From: an uncultured candidate division Zixibacteria bacterium
GTDB lineage: Bacteria > Zixibacteria > MSB-5A5 > UBA10806
DNA: 64,000 bases
Assembly (NCBI GenBank): GCA_963817915.1
Contig: CAWFQL010000012.1
Coordinates: forward strand, 639,877 to 703,876
Reading direction: 5' to 3'
The position numbers and the translations under genes are program-made. Below are positions 11,438 to 20,869 of this stretch, piece after piece. Positions within the stretch are counted from its first letter, which is position 1. Every line of letters begins with the position of its first letter. The notes under the pieces are model-generated. The model had not been told where the DNA came from. It searched no databases and saw nothing but the letters and a program-made list of their open reading frames with translations.

Positions 11438-11694
11438 AAGGCGGCTTTTGCATGTCAGATGCGAGGGGGTTTGGTTGGCCGGCGTATCTTTTTGCGGCAT
11501 AACGTATTAGAATTGCAATTGGAAGGATATGTTTCCCATGTTCAGTAGAATTTCGAAAAAAACGGAAACCGGAGCGAGGGAATTCCCGTTAGGCTTTTCA
11601 GACGGGCAGTGGACGAATTTAGGATTAAACGGCAAAAATAAGAGTTGCGTATTTGTATTTGGTTCATATATTGATACGATTTTAGGAGGTTACT

Positions 11695-11919
11695 TTGAAG
11701 GAAGGCATTCACCCAAAATACTACGAGACCAAGATCAAGTGCGCTTGTGGTAATGTGATTGAGACGAGATCTACGGTCAAAGATATCAGCGTAGAAATTT
11801 GTTCGAGCTGCCATCCGTATTTCACGGGTAAGCAGAAATTGCTCGATACCGCCGGCCGCGTGGAGCGATTCCGCCGCAAATACGGCGATACATCGGGTAT
11901 CCAGAAAAAGGACAAATAG
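11695..11919 (+). CDS. rpmE: 50S ribosomal protein L31 (Zn-binding type)
   Basis: [43 protein letters not shown] before the TTG start. Confidence 0.97.
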   Translation: MKEGIHPKYYETKIKCACGNVIETRSTVKDISVEICSSCHPYFTGKQKLLDTAGRVERFRRKYGDTSGIQKKDK

Positions 11920-11928
11920 GCATTTTAG

Positions 11929-11957
11929 ATCAGGCCTTAATTTGGCCTGATTTTTTA
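11929..11957 (+). terminator. Intrinsic terminator-like hairpin after rpmE
   Basis: ATCAGGCC/GGCCTGAT stem followed by a T-run. Confidence 0.7.
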
Positions 11958-12965
11958 TTGGGGAGATTCTTATTGTATTATAGAATTGTATCATTTGTAG
12001 TTTATCCATTTCTATGGTTTTTAAACTCTATAGATAAGAATGTAGGCGGTCAGGCCGTTATCGAAGGCGTGATGATGCGATCCCCCGAACGGGTAGCCAC
12101 GTCGCTCCGTTTGCCTGACGGCAGAATTATCACCAGGACTGAGCCTTATATTTCACTGACAAAGAAGATTAAGATTTTGGGGAAACCGATAATACGCGGC
12201 ATAATATCATTTTTCGAAATGCTTGTCCTCGGAATCAAGACGTTGAATTATTCCGCCGAGGTTGCCGCTCACGAGGGAGAAATTCCCGAAAAGGATTCCA
12301 AGGATTCGAAGTCCAGTAAAATGAGCATGGCGATTATTATTACCATGACAGTTTCGCTGGCAATCGGTATTGCGATTTTCTTTTTCCTGCCTATCCTTCT
12401 TACTCAAATTTTATCAATCAATAAAAAGGCTATCGGTTTTAATATTGTCGCCGGTTCGATCAGGCTTTTGATCTTCCTCGGCTATGTCTGGACTCTTTCG
12501 AAATTCAGGGAATTCCGCAGACTATTCGAATATCATGGGGCAGAGCATAAATCCATATTCGCATTCGAGGCCGATCTTCCGTTAGTTCCGGATTCTACAC
12601 GATCATTTAAGACATTTCATCCGAGATGCGGAACAAGTTTCGTATTGATAGTCGCAATGCTGGCCATACTCACTTATTCGATTTCAGATACGCTTTTTGT
12701 CGTGGTTTTCGGCCATGCCCAGGGTGTCTTTGAACGGTTTGGCACGCATCTGGCATTCCTTCCTTTGATCGCCGGATTGTCATTTGAATTGCTAAAACTT
12801 TCAGGGAAGACACGAAATAGCGCAATTACCAAGTTTTTAATCGCCCCCGGTCTATGGCTTCAGCATATCACAACCAAAGAGCCCTCCGATGATCAGATCG
12901 ATGTGGCAATAACTGCCCTGAAAAGCGCCATAAATAGTACATCGGTTTCTCCAAACACCCTTTAG
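11958..12965 (+). CDS. DUF1385 (YqhQ-like) membrane protein; true start probably near 12014
   Basis: GGQAVIEGVMM, YHGAEHK, HPRCGTSF, PGLWLQ.ITTKEP; usual neighbour of rpmE/prfA. Confidence 0.9.
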   Translation: MGRFLLYYRIVSFVVYPFLWFLNSIDKNVGGQAVIEGVMMRSPERVATSLRLPDGRIITRTEPYISLTKKIKILGKPIIRGIISFFEMLVLGIKTLNYSAEVAAHEGEIPEKDSKDSKSSKMSMAIIITMTVSLAIGIAIFFFLPILLTQILSINKKAIGFNIVAGSIRLLIFLGYVWTLSKFREFRRLFEYHGAEHKSIFAFEADLPLVPDSTRSFKTFHPRCGTSFVLIVAMLAILTYSISDTLFVVVFGHAQGVFERFGTHLAFLPLIAGLSFELLKLSGKTRNSAITKFLIAPGLWLQHITTKEPSDDQIDVAITALKSAINSTSVSPNTL

Positions 12966-12989
12966 ATACTTCCAAGATAAAATTATAAT

Positions 12990-14069
12990 ATGCAATCAGA
13001 TCTAATTAAAATCTTAGAGCCGGTCGAAAAACGATTTGCCGAGCTTACCGACCAATTGGGCGATCCGAAGGTAATTTCTGATCAAAAGCTATATCGTTCG
13101 CTTGCCAAGGAACATTCCGACCTGAAGACTGTCATGGAAAAAGGTAAGGAGTACCGGCAGGTAGTAAAGCAGCTCGAAGATAATCATGAACTGCTTGGTT
13201 CCGCCGAAGACCCTGAAATGATGGAATTGGCCAAGGCCGAATCGCAGGAGCTGGAAGGTCGATTGACAAAACTGAGTTCAGAACTCGAACTTCTTCTTAT
13301 CCCCAAGGACCCTGAAGATGATAAGGGCGTCATAATCGAAATACGCGCTGGCACCGGCGGGGAAGAAGCGGCCCTTTTCGCGGCGGATCTTTTCAGAATG
13401 TATTCGCGCTATATCGAACGAAAAGGCTGGAAGATCGATATCATGAATACCCATGATACCGGTATTGGCGGCCTGAAGGAAATAATTTTTGCGGTCGAGG
13501 GTACTGGTGTCTACGGATTGCTGAAAATGGAATCGGGCGTTCATCGAGTTCAGAGAGTGCCGAGGACCGAAGCGTCCGGTCGTATTCACACATCGGCGGC
13601 CAGTGTAGCTGTGCTTCCTGAGGCAGAGGATGTTGATATTCATATCGAGGCTAATGAATTGAAAATCGATGTCTATCGTTCATCGGGTCCGGGCGGCCAG
13701 TCCGTGAATACCACCGATTCCGCTGTAAGAATTACCCATATTCCTACCGGAACAGTTGTCACCTGTCAGGATGAAAAATCGCAATTGAAAAATAAAAATA
13801 AAGCGATGAAAGTCCTCAGGGCTCGTCTGCTCGACAGGGCAATTCAAGAGCAACAGGCTAATATTGCCCGACAGAGAAAAACCCAGGTAGGGTCGGGAGA
13901 TCGCTCCGAAAAAATTAAGACATATAATTTCCCTCAGAACAGAATTACGGATCATAGGTTTGGCTTGACACTATATAACCTTGAAGATATTCTTAACGGT
14001 GATCTCGATGAGATCATTGGAGAGGCAAAAAAATCGGCCCACGATATGCAATTGAAAGGAATGCAATGA
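12990..14069 (+). CDS. prfA: Peptide chain release factor 1
   Basis: [21 protein letters not shown] (PxT), [30 protein letters not shown]. Confidence 0.98.
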   Translation: MQSDLIKILEPVEKRFAELTDQLGDPKVISDQKLYRSLAKEHSDLKTVMEKGKEYRQVVKQLEDNHELLGSAEDPEMMELAKAESQELEGRLTKLSSELELLLIPKDPEDDKGVIIEIRAGTGGEEAALFAADLFRMYSRYIERKGWKIDIMNTHDTGIGGLKEIIFAVEGTGVYGLLKMESGVHRVQRVPRTEASGRIHTSAASVAVLPEAEDVDIHIEANELKIDVYRSSGPGGQSVNTTDSAVRITHIPTGTVVTCQDEKSQLKNKNKAMKVLRARLLDRAIQEQQANIARQRKTQVGSGDRSEKIKTYNFPQNRITDHRFGLTLYNLEDILNGDLDEIIGEAKKSAHDMQLKGMQ

Positions 14070-14878
14070 AGTTAATAATTCGTTACGCGGCGGCATTCAT
14101 CCTTACTATCCTGATGCTCGCCATAGCCAGAAAAACATCAACGAGGCATGCGGTTGAATTCAATACCGCCATCGAAGGCGTCAGTTTTAGCCATAATACG
14201 ACAACTGAAAGCTTTGGCGAATCTCCAGTGCTTACCGTTAAGGCATCCGACACTAATAATATTACGGCAATGGTTTATTTCTCCAATAAGGCTGGCGGGC
14301 CGTATGAATCATTGGTCATGAATCCCGGTCCCGATGGTTTTTCCTGCGAGCTTCCTGTGCTCCCCAAAGGGCAGAAATGGTTTTATCATATAAATATTTC
14401 AAGGAATGGCGTGCCGTTGGCAGTATTCCCCGCAAAAGATGATCAATTCATAAAATTCAAGGGCCATGTATCGCCATTGGTAATTTATCCTCATATTTTC
14501 TTCATGTTTGCCACTATCTTTACCGGATTGATTACCGTATTCCTGGCATTCGAGGCATTAAAGAATAAGGAATATATAATAAAATCAGTGAAGTATCTTA
14601 TGTGGACGGTGATATTTGTTTTTATCGGCGGAATCCCATTAGGGTATCTTGTCGCTTATCAGACATTCGGCCAGGGTTGGGGAGGTATCCCGATCGGATG
14701 GGATATCACTGACAATAAAACATTGATAATTCTATTTTTCTGGCTTATCACTTTCTTGCTGTCGTTAAAGGGCTTGAAAGGCGGGGATTTGAAAATATCC
14801 AGAAGCCTATATTTTGCTCTGGTAATTCTAAGCTTCGTGGTCACCTTCATTTCTTACATGATACCTCATTCAATCTGA
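14066..14878 (+). CDS. Hypothetical membrane protein (N-terminal anchor, soluble beta domain, ~4 C-terminal TM helices)
   Basis: 270-aa ORF overlapping the prfA stop (ATGA); hydrophobic segments. Confidence 0.75.
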   Translation: MKLIIRYAAAFILTILMLAIARKTSTRHAVEFNTAIEGVSFSHNTTTESFGESPVLTVKASDTNNITAMVYFSNKAGGPYESLVMNPGPDGFSCELPVLPKGQKWFYHINISRNGVPLAVFPAKDDQFIKFKGHVSPLVIYPHIFFMFATIFTGLITVFLAFEALKNKEYIIKSVKYLMWTVIFVFIGGIPLGYLVAYQTFGQGWGGIPIGWDITDNKTLIILFFWLITFLLSLKGLKGGDLKISRSLYFALVILSFVVTFISYMIPHSI

Positions 14879-14879
14879 T

Positions 14880-16328
14880 ATGGCAGATATAGAAAAAATC
14901 GCGTCGATTGCGATAGACAAGGCCGTGTCGTCAGGTGCAACCTATGCGGATTGCCGCTATGTAGAGACCCTGACTGAATCCCTATCATATACCGATGGCG
15001 CCCCGGATGCTGTCAGCAACGCAAGTGACCGGGGAATAGGCGTCAGAGTCGTTGCCAATGGAGCCTGGGGATTCTTCGGTACATCCACGATCAATGAAAA
15101 AGAGGCTCGCAGAGCGGCCGAAATCGCGGTTAATATTGCCAAGGCATCCGCGATTGTGAACAATTCTCCCGTCGCTTTAGCTCCGACCGAGGCCTACAAT
15201 GATAATTACAAGAGCAATTTTAAAATCGATCCCTTTACAATTTCGTTAAAAGAGAAATTAGCATTTCTTTCGGGGCTCGATGGCTTAATGACGCAGAATT
15301 CGCAAATCAATTCGCGAAGCGCCGACCTCGATTTCAGAAAGATCAATTCGTATTTCGCATCAAATATCGGATCGAAAATAAATCAGACTATAATTCACTC
15401 CGGCGCCGGTATCGCCCTCGGAGTGAGAAAATCGATGAGGGAACGATCCAGTCGCAGTTACCCTCAGAATGGCGGCCAATTTGAGGCATGCGGCTACGAG
15501 CTTTTGGATCAATATAATTTTGCGGCTGAAATTCCGAAGCTGTCTGAAGAAGCTATCGCGTTAATGGCCGCGCCTGATTGTCCATCGAGCAATACCATGC
15601 TGCTTCTCGAAGGTTCAGTGGTCGGATTGGTGATACACGAGCTGATTGGCCACCCGCTCGAACTGGACAGGGTGTTCGGTTCGGAGAGAAATTTCTCAGG
15701 TACAAGTTTCGCCACAACAGATCAATTGGATAAATTGCAATATGGTTCGCCGCTTATCAATGTTGTCGCGGACCCGACTCATTCCTATGGCCTGGGATCA
15801 TTTGGATATGATGATGAAGGCATCAAGTCTTATAAGGCGGATTTGATCAAAGGCGGTTTGCTGGTTGGCTATCTGTCATCGAGAGAAACTGCCGCCAGAA
15901 TCAATCGCAAATCAACCGCCGCCGCTAGAGCCGATGGTTGGGGAAATATCCCGCTCGTCCGAATGACCAATACCTGTCTTATGCCGGGCGACAAGTCTTT
16001 CGATGATTTGCTATCGGCAGTACAGGATGGCATCTATATGTCAACAATTTCGTCATGGTCGCCTTCGGATGATCGTTCCAGTTTTGAATTCGGATGCGAA
16101 ATTGCCTGGGAGATCAAGGGCGGAAAGCTTGGGCAGGTTTTCAAAAATCCAACGTTTTCAGGTAAGACCGTCGATTTCTGGAATTCGGTTGTCGAGATTG
16201 GAAATGAAAGCCTCTGGAAAATCTGGGGTACTCCCAATTGCGGCAAGGGCCAGCCCGGCCAGAATGCCCGCACGGGTCAGGGAGCCTCGCCGATACTTTT
16301 GAATAATATCAAGGTTGGTCGTTCATGA
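14880..16328 (+). CDS. tldD: TldD family metalloprotease (catalytic subunit)
   Basis: GIGVRVVANGAWGF, HELIGHPLE (HExxxH), YDDEG, PLVRMTN, CGKGQ. Confidence 0.92.
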   Translation: MADIEKIASIAIDKAVSSGATYADCRYVETLTESLSYTDGAPDAVSNASDRGIGVRVVANGAWGFFGTSTINEKEARRAAEIAVNIAKASAIVNNSPVALAPTEAYNDNYKSNFKIDPFTISLKEKLAFLSGLDGLMTQNSQINSRSADLDFRKINSYFASNIGSKINQTIIHSGAGIALGVRKSMRERSSRSYPQNGGQFEACGYELLDQYNFAAEIPKLSEEAIALMAAPDCPSSNTMLLLEGSVVGLVIHELIGHPLELDRVFGSERNFSGTSFATTDQLDKLQYGSPLINVVADPTHSYGLGSFGYDDEGIKSYKADLIKGGLLVGYLSSRETAARINRKSTAAARADGWGNIPLVRMTNTCLMPGDKSFDDLLSAVQDGIYMSTISSWSPSDDRSSFEFGCEIAWEIKGGKLGQVFKNPTFSGKTVDFWNSVVEIGNESLWKIWGTPNCGKGQPGQNARTGQGASPILLNNIKVGRS

Positions 16329-17653
16329 TAGATAAAAAAATCATAGATGAATTCAAGGCCGCGCTGAAGTCATCAGCGGCGGAGCAGACTGAGTTGGTAG
16401 CGGAATCTCAGGAATTTTATTTAACCCGATTCGCCGAAAATATCATTCATCAAAATATGGGGCGCTCGGATTCCACGGTCTGGTGCCGTTCGGTCTATGG
16501 CAAAAAGATCGGCGTGGCAAGGTCCAATGATACTTCCGCTGAGGGGCTTATAGGGCTGATCAAGGCATCGTCGGAGATCGCCCAGAGCCAGAATGACGAT
16601 CCCAATTTAACATCATTTGTTAAAGCTGCGACAGTTAAAGAATCGGTAGGCAATTATAAAAAGACGCTTGAATTTCCGCCATCGGATAGAGCTTCGGCCA
16701 TCAAGGAAATTGTAAACCGCGCTAAAACCAAAAATCTTATTTGCGCGGGCACCTACGAATCATCGGGCACAGCTTTGGCCGTGACCAATTCGCTGGGAAC
16801 CGAGCAATTCGGCAAGAATACTCAATATAAATTTTCTATCACAGCCGCGGCGCCTAATGGCCGTTCGGGGTGGGCGCAGGCCGCTGGCCGTGATATCAGT
16901 AAATTCGATTCTATTGCTATCGCGCAAATGGCTATCGATAAAGCCGCGTTTCCCGGCGAGCCGGCGACAATTCCGACCGGGCAATACACCGTGATTCTTG
17001 AGCCTGACGCTGTCGCCAATTTCTTGCTGTTTCTGGCGTTCCTGGGTTTCGGCGGAAAAACACTGGCCTCGGGTCGAAGCTTTATGAGCAATAAGATCGG
17101 CCAGAAAATTATGGGCGACAATGTTACTATATCCGAAGATCCCGCTAATCCATTAATGGAATACATGCCGTTCGATTATGAAGGTGTTCCGCGGAAAAAG
17201 GTCGTGATGGTCGAAAACGGAATCGCCCGGGCGGGAGTCTATAATAGCTACTACGCCAATCAGGCCAAGACCGAATCCACCGGCAACGCTCTCGAACCGG
17301 ATAATAATTACGGTCCATATCCGAAATCAATGGTGCTTTCCGGCGGCAATACTTCAGTAGAAGATATGATCAAATCAACGCAATCTGGTATTTATGTTAC
17401 TCGTTTTTGGTATTTGAATTTTCTCAATCCGATGAAGACAATGGTAACTGGCTACACTCGTGACGGAACCTTCCTTATCGAAAATGGCAAAATCACAAAA
17501 CCGGTTGTCGACATGCGGGTACAGCAATCGATGTTGGAAGCGTTTTCCAACGCCGAAATGATTTCGTCCGAGCAAAGATTGATTCCCCAATACGGCGCTA
17601 TGATGCTGGTGCCATTCATGAAAATAGCGAATTTCAACCTTAGCTCGACATGA
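16325..17653 (+). CDS. pmbA: TldE/PmbA family protein (non-catalytic partner)
   Basis: TRFAENIIHQN, YTVILEP.AV, PFDYEG, TRDGTFLIENG; no HExxxH; coupled to tldD. Confidence 0.88.
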   Translation: MIDKKIIDEFKAALKSSAAEQTELVAESQEFYLTRFAENIIHQNMGRSDSTVWCRSVYGKKIGVARSNDTSAEGLIGLIKASSEIAQSQNDDPNLTSFVKAATVKESVGNYKKTLEFPPSDRASAIKEIVNRAKTKNLICAGTYESSGTALAVTNSLGTEQFGKNTQYKFSITAAAPNGRSGWAQAAGRDISKFDSIAIAQMAIDKAAFPGEPATIPTGQYTVILEPDAVANFLLFLAFLGFGGKTLASGRSFMSNKIGQKIMGDNVTISEDPANPLMEYMPFDYEGVPRKKVVMVENGIARAGVYNSYYANQAKTESTGNALEPDNNYGPYPKSMVLSGGNTSVEDMIKSTQSGIYVTRFWYLNFLNPMKTMVTGYTRDGTFLIENGKITKPVVDMRVQQSMLEAFSNAEMISSEQRLIPQYGAMMLVPFMKIANFNLSST

Positions 17654-18279
17654 TTTCCAAATTATCATTGTCAATTTTTATGGCAATTTCACTTTTTTCT
17701 TATTCCAATTGTAAGGCCAACAATGGTTTTTCAATTGACGCGAGTTTCGATTATTATCCGGTGGCGAAATTGAGCTACATAAACAGCAATATCGGATCGT
17801 ATGAATATTACGACAATATGACCTATGGGCTTGGAGTCAATTATCATTTTGCCAGCGGTTTCGGGATTGGCGCCTCTTACGATATCTACAGGAAAGAGCT
17901 TTCTGATTACGGCAATTCTCATTCGCGGCTATCGATAAATGGAGTTACATTTTCGGGCGACTATGGCTATGAGATTACAGAATCCGGAAATCTGCTCTTG
18001 ATGGCAGGTATTGAAATGGGCCTGGATCGTTTTACCGACCAAAATGACGTATGGAATCGTTCAAAAAACGCTTTTAATATCGGGGGCCTCGGAGGACTGA
18101 GATATTTTATTAAGAACAAAGTCTACGCGGATTTCGATGTAGTGTATCGATGGAATGAATACTCTATTAAATCCAATCCGAAAATGAAATATCAATATTC
18201 GGGCACAGTTTTGAAATTATCAATTGGCTGGCTGCTATTTTCAAGAGAAAGTAAAATATTGGGAGATATTAACAAATGA
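17650..18279 (+). CDS. Small outer-membrane beta-barrel protein
   Basis: Signal peptide; alternating aromatic/Gly strands (GLGVNYHF, GGLRYFI, LSIGW). Confidence 0.7.
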   Translation: MISKLSLSIFMAISLFSYSNCKANNGFSIDASFDYYPVAKLSYINSNIGSYEYYDNMTYGLGVNYHFASGFGIGASYDIYRKELSDYGNSHSRLSINGVTFSGDYGYEITESGNLLLMAGIEMGLDRFTDQNDVWNRSKNAFNIGGLGGLRYFIKNKVYADFDVVYRWNEYSIKSNPKMKYQYSGTVLKLSIGWLLFSRESKILGDINK

Positions 18280-18497
18280 ATCGACGTGATTTTTTTGGAA
18301 GATTTGCCCAGGTCGCCGCGGTTCTGTATGCAGGAAGTATGGTGGCGAAGGCCGATAATCTGGCAAATTTTAATGATGAAATGCCGCGATCGCCGCTGGG
18401 ATTCGATCATCGCATGGCGGGCGGAGCCTGCAGTGATTTCCGCATGATGGAAAAGGGGCCATCGGTCAAATGGGAGCGGGAGATTTTCGGGGCCTGA
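18276..18497 (+). CDS. Small protein with twin-arginine signal peptide
   Basis: MNRRDFF...AAVLYAGSMVAKA; GGAG RBS; ATGA overlap upstream and 1-nt gap to prmC. Confidence 0.7.
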   Translation: MNRRDFFGRFAQVAAVLYAGSMVAKADNLANFNDEMPRSPLGFDHRMAGGACSDFRMMEKGPSVKWEREIFGA

Positions 18498-18498
18498 T

Positions 18499-19362
18499 TT
18501 GGTAAGTCGCCTTGGCGAGCTCTTGAAATGGGGCAAGGCAACCCTGAAATCCGCCGGAATCAGTGATAATGAAATTTCGGCCACGCTTCTGCTGCAATCT
18601 ATATTAAATAAATCCCGACATCAAATCCTGCTCGATCAAAATCTATCTATTAATCAAAACAATATAGAAAAATATAAAGACCTGATTCAGAAAAGGTCTC
18701 GGCATGTTCCGCTACAGCATTTGATTGGCGAAGTTGAATTTTATAATATCAAACTTAAATGCGATAATAGGGCATTGATCCCCCGACCGGAAACCGAGAT
18801 ACTTGTCGAGACCATAATCGAGAAATTACGCAATGAAAAATCACCTTCAATTCTCGATATAGGTACCGGATCCGGCAATATCGCCATCGCCCTGGCATAC
18901 AACCTAAGCAACGCGAGGATCACAGCGATCGATATAAGCCAGGATGCCCTTGATCTGGCCATATCAAATGCCCAATTGAATGGTGTCGAGGATAAAGTAA
19001 CTTTCGCCAATATCGATATTTTCAATTCCGATTCACGGAATAATATCAGCCAATTTGATTGCGTGGTTTCCAATCCGCCCTATGTGGATAGCGCTGATAA
19101 ATCATCACTCCAGCCGGAAGTCCGGGATTTCGAACCGGATGTTGCTCTTTATAGCCCCGGGGATCCTTTGCGCTTTTTTAAAGACATCATTAGCAATATT
19201 ACCATGATCCTTAAGCCGGGCGGCCTGCTGGCTTTCGAGACTGGCAAGGGCCAGGCCGAATCAATTAGAGAGCTAATGAAGCCTGTGTTTCGAGATATAA
19301 GTATCGTAAAGGATTTGGCAGGGATAGATAGGGTGGTTTACGGCATATACGGATTGTTGTAA
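18499..19362 (+). CDS. prmC: Release factor glutamine methyltransferase
   Basis: PLQHLIG, LIPRPETE, LDIGTGSG, SNPPY, DLAG.DRVV. Confidence 0.96.
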   Translation: MVSRLGELLKWGKATLKSAGISDNEISATLLLQSILNKSRHQILLDQNLSINQNNIEKYKDLIQKRSRHVPLQHLIGEVEFYNIKLKCDNRALIPRPETEILVETIIEKLRNEKSPSILDIGTGSGNIAIALAYNLSNARITAIDISQDALDLAISNAQLNGVEDKVTFANIDIFNSDSRNNISQFDCVVSNPPYVDSADKSSLQPEVRDFEPDVALYSPGDPLRFFKDIISNITMILKPGGLLAFETGKGQAESIRELMKPVFRDISIVKDLAGIDRVVYGIYGLL

Positions 19363-19437
19363 AATTTAGACATTTAAAAAGAATTGGTTTCAAGCATCCG
19401 CTTGACTCGTGCCAGCCGCTGTTTATATAATTATCAT

Positions 19438-20301
19438 ATGTATTCTACCATTCATTATAGATTACGCTTTTTTCTGATTAATGCGTTGTTGATTATATTG
19501 GCATTGTTTTGTCTTTATCCGGTTTTAGCGATGGCTCAATCAGATTCTCTCAAATCCAGTCAGCCGCAAGGTATCGTATGCCCCAAATGCGGTACATTAA
19601 ATCCATCGAATGCGAAATTTTGCTTACAGTGCGGCGCCAGCCTGATTTCAAGGCCGGGCTCCTATGATGATCCTAATCGCAGCCGATTTATAATCTTGCC
19701 AACCGGCGAATTAATTCCCAAGGGGACTCAGTATTTTGCCAATTATGAACTGTTTTTTGTCCAGTATGGTTACGCTCCGCTGAATCGGCTGCAGATCGGA
19801 GTGGGAATGACCATATTTCCGTTTGGTGGTTTTGAAAATCAACTATTTACCGGCGGATTCAAGATAGCGTTGTATCGTTCGAATACCTACGGCTTTAATC
19901 TTGCCACTGGGGCGAATATCATTCTTTGGAAGGAATGGTTATTCGACGAAGATTCCGATCCATATACCCTTAACACTTTCTACATCTCGGGCGATATTCA
20001 TACGGAGAAAATAGTCTTTGGCGCTGTGCTCAATGGCACCATGGTGGGGGGCACGAAAAATGGCGAACGAGCGCTCTGGGGCGGCCTGGGATTTTCTGGC
20101 AAATTGTCAAACAGGGTACAATTCATTTCGGAAATATTGGGGGCGGATTTTTTTAATGAAATAGATAATTCGGTTGTCACATATGGATTTAGAGTTCATG
20201 GCGAGAGAATATCGGGCGAGCTTGCGTTCCTTAGACCAATGCAGACGACGGGAAAAATGTTTCTGGGTGCGCCATTGCTTAATATCACAATCTATTTCTA
20301 A
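19438..20301 (+). CDS. Exported protein with zinc-ribbon (CPKC...CLQC) followed by a beta-rich, probably outer-membrane domain
   Basis: Signal peptide ending AMA-Q; CPKCG..N...AKFC..CG; C-terminal ..NITIYF. ATG 19438 preferred over TTG 19384. Confidence 0.7.
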   Translation: MYSTIHYRLRFFLINALLIILALFCLYPVLAMAQSDSLKSSQPQGIVCPKCGTLNPSNAKFCLQCGASLISRPGSYDDPNRSRFIILPTGELIPKGTQYFANYELFFVQYGYAPLNRLQIGVGMTIFPFGGFENQLFTGGFKIALYRSNTYGFNLATGANIILWKEWLFDEDSDPYTLNTFYISGDIHTEKIVFGAVLNGTMVGGTKNGERALWGGLGFSGKLSNRVQFISEILGADFFNEIDNSVVTYGFRVHGERISGELAFLRPMQTTGKMFLGAPLLNITIYF

Positions 20302-20732
20302 GCTGACTGTAGACTGTTTACTGCCTGAATAACCTGTGTTTCCGGAGCCAGCACGATATAGAACTCCTTACCGATATAGTCCTGGACTAATTCCATAGCC
20401 TTAAAATCAAATGGGTTTGATACAGCCAAATGTGTATGTCCAACTATTTTGAATGCCGGCACGACCTTGTGCGCGATTTCAAATTCAATTGGAACTGATT
20501 TTACCACCTCGGGATTTAGAATAACATCCTCAAGATCAATCCGGGGAAGGCCCAAATGCTCCCTCGCGAATTCCTGTACCTGATCAGTATTCATCCCGGT
20601 ATAATTAATAAGTACTTTGAGAAGATCAATATTGCGATTTTTGCACGTAATTCCAATTCTCATAAGCATCTGTTTATTAATAAGCCCAATCTCAAGCATT
20701 TTTTGAATGATATACGCCTTATCGAATTGCAT
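20298..20732 (-). CDS. Stand-alone T2SSE_N/MshEN-like (GspE/PilB N-terminal) domain protein
   Basis: LGLPRIDL...PEVVKSVP...HKVVP...LAVSNPFD...IVLAPE.QV; no ATPase domain. Confidence 0.75.
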   Translation of the reverse strand: MQFDKAYIIQKMLEIGLINKQMLMRIGITCKNRNIDLLKVLINYTGMNTDQVQEFAREHLGLPRIDLEDVILNPEVVKSVPIEFEIAHKVVPAFKIVGHTHLAVSNPFDFKAMELVQDYIGKEFYIVLAPETQVIQAVNSLQSA

Positions 20733-20791
20733 TAACGATTCCTCCCTGTGTTGAGAATTATCGAGCGGAAAGTTGAATGCTGAAGGTTTAT

Positions 20792-20827
20792 AAAAATAAA
20801 CGCGGTCTTTCTACAAGACCGCGTTTA
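20792..20827 (-). terminator. Intrinsic terminator of the lyase gene
   Basis: TAAACGCGGTCTT/AAGACCGCGTTTA stem with a T-rich tail on the minus strand. Confidence 0.8.
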
Positions 20828-20869
20828 ACTGCGCAACAAATTAATATTAAGATATTTACAAATAACGAC

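Noticed and set aside
18495..18497. Selenocysteine readthrough of the Tat peptide TGA
   Set aside because: No SECIS-like hairpin seen, and readthrough would run out of frame over prmC
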